Source: an uncultured Myxococcales bacterium
GTDB lineage: Bacteria; Myxococcota_A; Polyangia; Polyangiales; Houyiibacteriaceae
Direction: 5' to 3'
Length of the DNA stretch: 41,029 nucleotides
Assembly: GCA_965533395.1 (NCBI GenBank)
Contig: CBESWY010000001.1
Coordinates: 1 to 41,029 of the forward strand
Part shown: in pieces, positions 36,349-41,029 of the stretch
How the letters are laid out: each line of letters begins with the position of its first letter
How positions within the stretch are numbered: the stretch's first letter is position 1
The notes under the pieces: model-generated
Told to the model about the DNA's origin: nothing
Seen by the model: only the letters and a program-made list of their open reading frames with translations
Databases searched by the model: none
Program-made: the position numbers and the translations under genes

Positions 36349-36429
36349 TAGAACACGTTCCAGTTTCGGCCGGCCCGGCCGGACTAGGCGTCCGAAGCCG
36401 CGCGCTCGGAACCGCCGAAAGGAATCTCC

Positions 36430-37641
36430 ATGACGGATTGCTTCATCTACGATGCGGTGCGCACCCCCCGCGGCAAAGGACGAAAGAAGGACGGCGCGCT
36501 CGCCGATGCACCGCCGCTGCGGATGGCCAAAACCGTCCTGCAGGCGCTGCCGGAACGATCCGACTTCGACAGTAAAGAGATCGAAGACGTGATTCTCGGC
36601 TGCGTCGAACCCGTAGGGGAGCAGGGCGCCAACGTCGGTCGAATGGCTGCCCTGATCTCAGGATACGACGACAGCGTTCCCGGCGTTCAGCTCAATCGAT
36701 TCTGTTCCTCGGGTCTCGAAGCGGTGAACGTGGCGGCGGCCAAGGTGAAGGCCGGCGATGTCGATCTCATCGTGGGTGGCGGGATGGAGAGCATGAGCCG
36801 GCTTTCAATGGGTGCGGCAGGAGGCGCCTGGGCGACCGACCCCGAGCTCGCATGGGGGACATCGTTCGTGCCGCAGGGGATCGGCGCTGACCTGATTGCG
36901 ACCAAGTACGAATACAGCCGTCTCGACGTCGACTCCTTCGCGGTGGAGAGCCAACGTCGCGCGGCAGCCGCATGGGAAGGCGACCACTTCGACAAGTCGA
37001 TCGTGCCAGTCAAAGACTGCATTGGCGTCACGATGCTCGATCGCGATGAGCACATGCGACCGGGCACGACCCTCGACGACCTCTCCCAGCTCAAACCAAG
37101 CTTCGAAATGATGGGCCGAAACTTCGGCTTCGATGCGGTTGCGATTCAGAAGCACCCGGACGTCGAGCAGATCCGTCACGTCCATCATGCGGGCAACTCG
37201 TCGGGCATCGTTGACGGCGCCGCCGCGGTCTTGCTCGGCAGCAGGGACGCCGGAAAGCGGCTAGGGCTCGAGCCGCGGGCGCGGATCGTAAAGTCCGCGA
37301 CAGTCGGCAGCGAGCCCTGCATCATGCTCACCGGCCCGATGCCTGCCTCTCGAAAGGCTCTGGCAAAGGCCGGCATGCAGACGTCCGATATCGACCTTTG
37401 GGAGATCAACGAGGCGTTTTCGGCGGTCTGCCTTCTCTTCATGGAGGAAATGGGAATCGACCACTCCGTGACCAACGTGAACGGCGGCGCCATTGCCTTC
37501 GGGCATCCCCTGGGCGCAACGGGAGCGATGCTCCTTGGAACCATGGTGGACGAGCTCGAGCGGCGCGACCTCAACACCGCGTTGATCACCCTGTGCGTCG
37601 GCGCCGGCATGGGTACTTCAACCATCATCGAGCGAGTCTAA
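36430..37641 (+). CDS. fadA: acetyl-CoA C-acyltransferase (3-ketoacyl-CoA thiolase, degradative)
   Basis: 403 aa. [10 protein letters not shown] (nucleophilic Cys), [38 protein letters not shown]. Confidence 0.93.
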   Translation: MTDCFIYDAVRTPRGKGRKKDGALADAPPLRMAKTVLQALPERSDFDSKEIEDVILGCVEPVGEQGANVGRMAALISGYDDSVPGVQLNRFCSSGLEAVNVAAAKVKAGDVDLIVGGGMESMSRLSMGAAGGAWATDPELAWGTSFVPQGIGADLIATKYEYSRLDVDSFAVESQRRAAAAWEGDHFDKSIVPVKDCIGVTMLDRDEHMRPGTTLDDLSQLKPSFEMMGRNFGFDAVAIQKHPDVEQIRHVHHAGNSSGIVDGAAAVLLGSRDAGKRLGLEPRARIVKSATVGSEPCIMLTGPMPASRKALAKAGMQTSDIDLWEINEAFSAVCLLFMEEMGIDHSVTNVNGGAIAFGHPLGATGAMLLGTMVDELERRDLNTALITLCVGAGMGTSTIIERV

Positions 37642-37645
37642 GGCA

Positions 37646-39832
37646 ATGGCGATTATCGACTATCGAGTGGAAGACGGATCGGCGATCCTAACCTGGGACG
37701 ACAAGGACCGCCCGATGAACGTCCTCAGCGGCGATGCGCTCGCAGAGCTCAGCACCGCGGTCGAGAAGGCCGTCGCGGACGACCAGGTGAAGGGCATCAT
37801 TCTCACCTCGGGCAAGAAGGGCGTCTTCGTCGCCGGCGGCGATCTTCAGCAAATCGAGTCGCTGGGCTCAGGGCCCATCGATGCGGCCGATCTCTTGAAG
37901 CGCACGGGCGCGGTTCTCGACCAACTTCGACGGATGGAAACGTGCGGCAAGCCTGTGGTCGCTGCGCTCAATGGCGTCACGCTGGGCGGTGGCTATGAGA
38001 TCGCGCTCGCCTGCCATCGCAGGATTCTGGTCGATCGGCGGCACGCGCAGGTTGGTTTGCCAGAGGCGGGCCTCGGTTTGATGCCGGGCGCCGGCGGCAC
38101 GCAGCGGCTTCCGCGCCTGATCGGTTTACAGGGCGCGCTTGGGCTGATCATGCAGGGAAAGCAGCTCGGCCCGGATAAGGCGCTCGAACAGGGCCTCGTG
38201 GACGAGCTCGTCGAGCCTGAGGGCTTGATCCCGGCCGCAATGAAATGGATCCAAGAGGGCGGCACCGCGACTCAACCTTGGGACCGAAAGCGCTACGAGG
38301 TGCCTGGCGGCGGCGCCGGCTCGGTGGCCTTCGCGCAGACCCTGATGGGCTCGAACGCAATGACCCACGCGGCCACCTTCGGGAACATGCCTTCGCAGCA
38401 AGCGATCTTGCAGGCGGTCTATGAGGGCCTCGGGCTTCCAATGGACCGGGCCGGCAAGGTGGAGACGCGGCAGTTCATTCGCGTCCTTCAAGACCCGACG
38501 GCGCGCAGCATGCTGCGTACGCTGTTCTTCAGCCTTCAGGAGTGTCAGAAGGGCGCGCGCAGGCCCAAGGACGTGCCCCGCTTCGACGTGAAGAAGGTCG
38601 GCATCATCGGCGCCGGCCTCATGGGGCAGGGCATCGCTCACGTTTCTGCCAAGGTGGGGATTGACGTCGTCTTGCTCGATCGGGACCTGGCGAGCGCCGA
38701 GCGTGGCAAAGAGAAGGTTGCCCAGACCCTGGAACGCCGCCTCGCGAAAGGCCGCACCACGGCGGAACGCGTGGAAGGGATTCTCGGCCGGATCCACCCG
38801 AGCGCCGACTACGAGGATTTCAAGGGCTGTGATGTCGTCGTCGAGGCGGTTTTCGAGGACCGGGACATCAAGGCCCGGGTCACGAAAGCTTCCGACGCGC
38901 AGCTCGGCGACGCCGCGATTTTTGCATCCAACACCTCGGGCCTTCCCATCACCGATCTCGCAGAAGCGTCGAGCCGCCCGGAGAACTTCATCGGCCTGCA
39001 CTTCTTTTCGCCGGTCGAGCGAATGCAGATGGTCGAGATTGTCGTGGGCAAAAAGACATCGCAGACGACGCTCGCGAAGGCCTGGGACTACATTCTCAAG
39101 ATCAAAAAGGCCGGCATCGTGGTCAACGACAGCCCTGGTTTCTACACGAGCCGTGTCTTCGGTACGTTCATTTCGGAGGGCAATCATCTTCTGGTCGAAG
39201 GTGTGAAACCCGCCTTGATCGAGAACGCGGCCAAGTCCGCCGGCATGCCCATGCCGCCGCTCGGGATTTCGGACCAAGTTGGGCTCGGGACGATGCACAA
39301 GGTCGCCAAGCAGGCCGAGAAGGACGCCCATGCCGCCGGGAAGAAATGGGAGCCGTCTCCCGCGCAGGCGATCATCGCGTCGCTGATCGAAGATTACGAT
39401 CGCTGGGGCGCTCACCCACCCGCGAAAGAAGACGGTACGCCCCGCGCGCCAGGCGGATTCTACGACTACCACGAGTCGGGTAAGCATCTGTGGCCCGAGC
39501 TCAGCACAGCGATGAAGGCGTGGATCGAGCGCACTGACCAGGAGCCAAGCGCCGAGACCGTGCGGCAGCGCTACTTGTTTACGCAATGCTTGGAAGCCGT
39601 CCGCTGTCTCGAGCAGGGGGTCATCACCGACGTACGCGACGGTGATGTCGGCGTCATCATGGCGGTCGGGTTCCCGGCGTTCACCGGTGGGCCGTTTACG
39701 TTCATCGACAACTACGGCCTCTCCGAGTTCGTTCGCGACGCCGACGCACTCAGCGTCCGCTTCGGCGCTCGCTTCGAGCCGCCCAAGCTTCTCCGCGACA
39801 TGGCCGCCGAGGGCCGCACCTTCTATTCGTAG
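37646..39832 (+). CDS. fadB: multifunctional fatty-acid oxidation protein (enoyl-CoA hydratase plus 3-hydroxyacyl-CoA dehydrogenase)
   Basis: 728 aa. Crotonase N-domain (VAALNGVTLGGGYEIALACH), then a 3HCDH domain (VGIIGAGLMGQGIA, LHFFSPVERMQMVEIV). Starts 4 nt after the fadA stop. Confidence 0.93.
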   Translation: MAIIDYRVEDGSAILTWDDKDRPMNVLSGDALAELSTAVEKAVADDQVKGIILTSGKKGVFVAGGDLQQIESLGSGPIDAADLLKRTGAVLDQLRRMETCGKPVVAALNGVTLGGGYEIALACHRRILVDRRHAQVGLPEAGLGLMPGAGGTQRLPRLIGLQGALGLIMQGKQLGPDKALEQGLVDELVEPEGLIPAAMKWIQEGGTATQPWDRKRYEVPGGGAGSVAFAQTLMGSNAMTHAATFGNMPSQQAILQAVYEGLGLPMDRAGKVETRQFIRVLQDPTARSMLRTLFFSLQECQKGARRPKDVPRFDVKKVGIIGAGLMGQGIAHVSAKVGIDVVLLDRDLASAERGKEKVAQTLERRLAKGRTTAERVEGILGRIHPSADYEDFKGCDVVVEAVFEDRDIKARVTKASDAQLGDAAIFASNTSGLPITDLAEASSRPENFIGLHFFSPVERMQMVEIVVGKKTSQTTLAKAWDYILKIKKAGIVVNDSPGFYTSRVFGTFISEGNHLLVEGVKPALIENAAKSAGMPMPPLGISDQVGLGTMHKVAKQAEKDAHAAGKKWEPSPAQAIIASLIEDYDRWGAHPPAKEDGTPRAPGGFYDYHESGKHLWPELSTAMKAWIERTDQEPSAETVRQRYLFTQCLEAVRCLEQGVITDVRDGDVGVIMAVGFPAFTGGPFTFIDNYGLSEFVRDADALSVRFGARFEPPKLLRDMAAEGRTFYS

Positions 39833-39847
39833 CGGCTGCGTCGGTCT

Positions 39848-41029
39848 CTAGCGATAGCCCGCGGCCTGGAGCGTGAACAGGTGGGCGTACTTCCCGTCTT
39901 CGCTCATCAAAGATTCGTGCGTACCTCGCTCGGTGACCTGGCCGCGTTCGAGCACCACGATTTCATCGGCAATGCGAACCGTCGAGAACCGATGCGAGAT
40001 CAGAATCACCATTTTGTCTTTGGCGAGGCGGCCGAAGCGCTCGAAGACGGTGGCCTCGGCCTCTGCATCCATCGACGCCGTCGGTTCATCGAGGACCAGG
40101 ATGTCCGCTTCGTCGCGCATGAAGGCTCGTGAGAGCGCAATCTTTTGCCATTGGCCGAGCGAGAGCTCGTGCCCGTCTTCGAACCAACGACCGAGCTGTG
40201 TCGCGTAGCCCGACGGCAGCCGCTCGATGAACTCGTGGGCCATGCCCTTCTCAGCAGCGGTCCGCCATCGCTCCGGGTCGCTGAAGCCTTGTGCGTCCCC
40301 AACGCCGACGTTCTCGCCGGCAACGAGCTGGTAGCGGACGAAGTCTTGAAAAATTACGCCGACCCGCTTTCGAAGGGCATCGAGGCTCCAGGCGTTGAGC
40401 TCGAGCCCATCGAGGGTGATCCGGCCTTCGGTTGGCTGGTAGAGCCGTGTGAGGAGCTTGATCAGGGTGGTTTTTCCAGCCCCATTCTCGCCGACCAGGG
40501 CGAGCTTGCTTCCGGGGTTCAGATGCAGGTTCACGTCGCGCAGGGCGGGCGTTTCAATGCCCGGGTAGGTGAAGCTCACGTTCTCGAACCGAATGCCATC
40601 TCCGGGCTTGGGGCCTTTGGTTGCGGAGCCGCTTTCGTCCGGCGACTCGTACTCGAGGTACTCGTAGAGGTTCGAGAGGTAAAGACTGTCTTCGTACATC
40701 CCTCCAATGGAGGTGAGGATCGACGCCAACGCGGATTGCCCCTGCTTGAACACGAGGAGATACATCGTCATGTCACCGAGCGTGATGCGTTTGGCGATTG
40801 TCTCGATGGCGATCCAGGCGTAGGCGCCATAGAAGGCCACCGTGCTCAACAGACCGAGCAGGAAGCTCCAAGCACCCCGACGCAGGGTGAGCGCGCGATC
40901 CTCGACATACAGCTCGCGAAAGATTTCGCGGTATCGATTGAGAAAGACGGGACCGAGGTCGAAGAGCTTGACCTCCTTGGCGAAGTCTTCACGGGCGAGC
41001 AGCACCTCGAGGTAATTCTGTTTTCGTGT
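39848..41029 (-). CDS. ABC exporter, fused permease/ATPase (C-terminal part only; N-terminus lies beyond the window end)
   Basis: Walker A GENGAGKTTLIKLL, signature LSLGQWQKIALSRA, Walker B ILVLDEPTA. The end of a type-I exporter TMD lies upstream. The reading frame stays open from 41005 to the window edge (TRKQNYLEV...). Confidence 0.9.
   Translation of the reverse strand, partial: TRKQNYLEVLLAREDFAKEVKLFDLGPVFLNRYREIFRELYVEDRALTLRRGAWSFLLGLLSTVAFYGAYAWIAIETIAKRITLGDMTMYLLVFKQGQSALASILTSIGGMYEDSLYLSNLYEYLEYESPDESGSATKGPKPGDGIRFENVSFTYPGIETPALRDVNLHLNPGSKLALVGENGAGKTTLIKLLTRLYQPTEGRITLDGLELNAWSLDALRKRVGVIFQDFVRYQLVAGENVGVGDAQGFSDPERWRTAAEKGMAHEFIERLPSGYATQLGRWFEDGHELSLGQWQKIALSRAFMRDEADILVLDEPTASMDAEAEATVFERFGRLAKDKMVILISHRFSTVRIADEIVVLERGQVTERGTHESLMSEDGKYAHLFTLQAAGYR

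Noticed and set aside
38126-39586. 486-aa ORF antisense to fadB
   Set aside because: It lies entirely within a gene with unambiguous crotonase/3HCDH motifs. Its product is Arg/Ala/Gly/Leu-rich with no recognisable domain. This is the typical open antisense frame of high-GC DNA.
1-41029. Search for tRNA/rRNA genes, CRISPR arrays, IS elements or transposases, integrases, phage genes, toxin-antitoxin pairs, or a low-GC island
   Set aside because: None found. All intergenic gaps are at most about 200 nt, with no cloverleaf-like or repeat-spacer structure. Composition looks uniform apart from short AT-richer promoter patches.

Overview
This 41-kb window is gene-dense and roughly two-thirds G+C by eye. 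I call about 36 CDS, nearly all with clear family signatures. It reads as core chromosome of a high-GC bacterium. A PEGA-domain Ser/Thr kinase, a HEAT-repeat protein, an isovaleryl-CoA dehydrogenase and several beta-oxidation modules suggest Myxococcota, but that is only an inference.

Gene content in order:
- pntAA-pntAB-pntB (minus strand), then tkt.
- tpx, divergent from feoA-feoB, with a near-consensus Fur/PerR-type box between them.
- A 55-codon ORF absent from the ORF track, then a metallophosphoesterase.
- A minus-strand run: proS, small membrane ORF, Slt-like lytic transglycosylase, FAD oxidoreductase, trxB.
- 3-hydroxyacyl-CoA dehydrogenase plus thiolase.
- M19 dipeptidase-family protein, then yqeY.
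- PaO-type Rieske oxygenase plus HEAT protein, divergent from TetR and isovaleryl-CoA dehydrogenase.
- Ser/Thr kinase.
- Truncated globin followed by rsgA.
- M20 peptidase.
- A bacterial SLC4/band-3-family anion transporter, then a single-HKD PLD-family protein.
- cysD-cysN(C).
- orn, then a ChaN-family lipoprotein.
- fadA-fadB-like pair.
- A 5'-truncated ABC exporter gene.

I found no rRNA, tRNA, CRISPR array, IS element, integrase or obvious compositional island. I cannot point to a convincing novel multi-gene system.

The most unusual items:
1. The eukaryote-like SLC4 transporter, which has a band-3/EIIA-like N-domain and an LDADE acidic tail.
2. A CysN fusion whose APS-kinase-like domain has a broken P-loop.
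3. An M19 'dipeptidase' with substituted metal ligands.
4. The Rieske(PaO)-HEAT pair with an operator-like palindrome.
5. The Fur box and promoter geometry that imply a leaderless feoA.

The many long antisense and off-frame ORFs in the track are high-GC artefacts.
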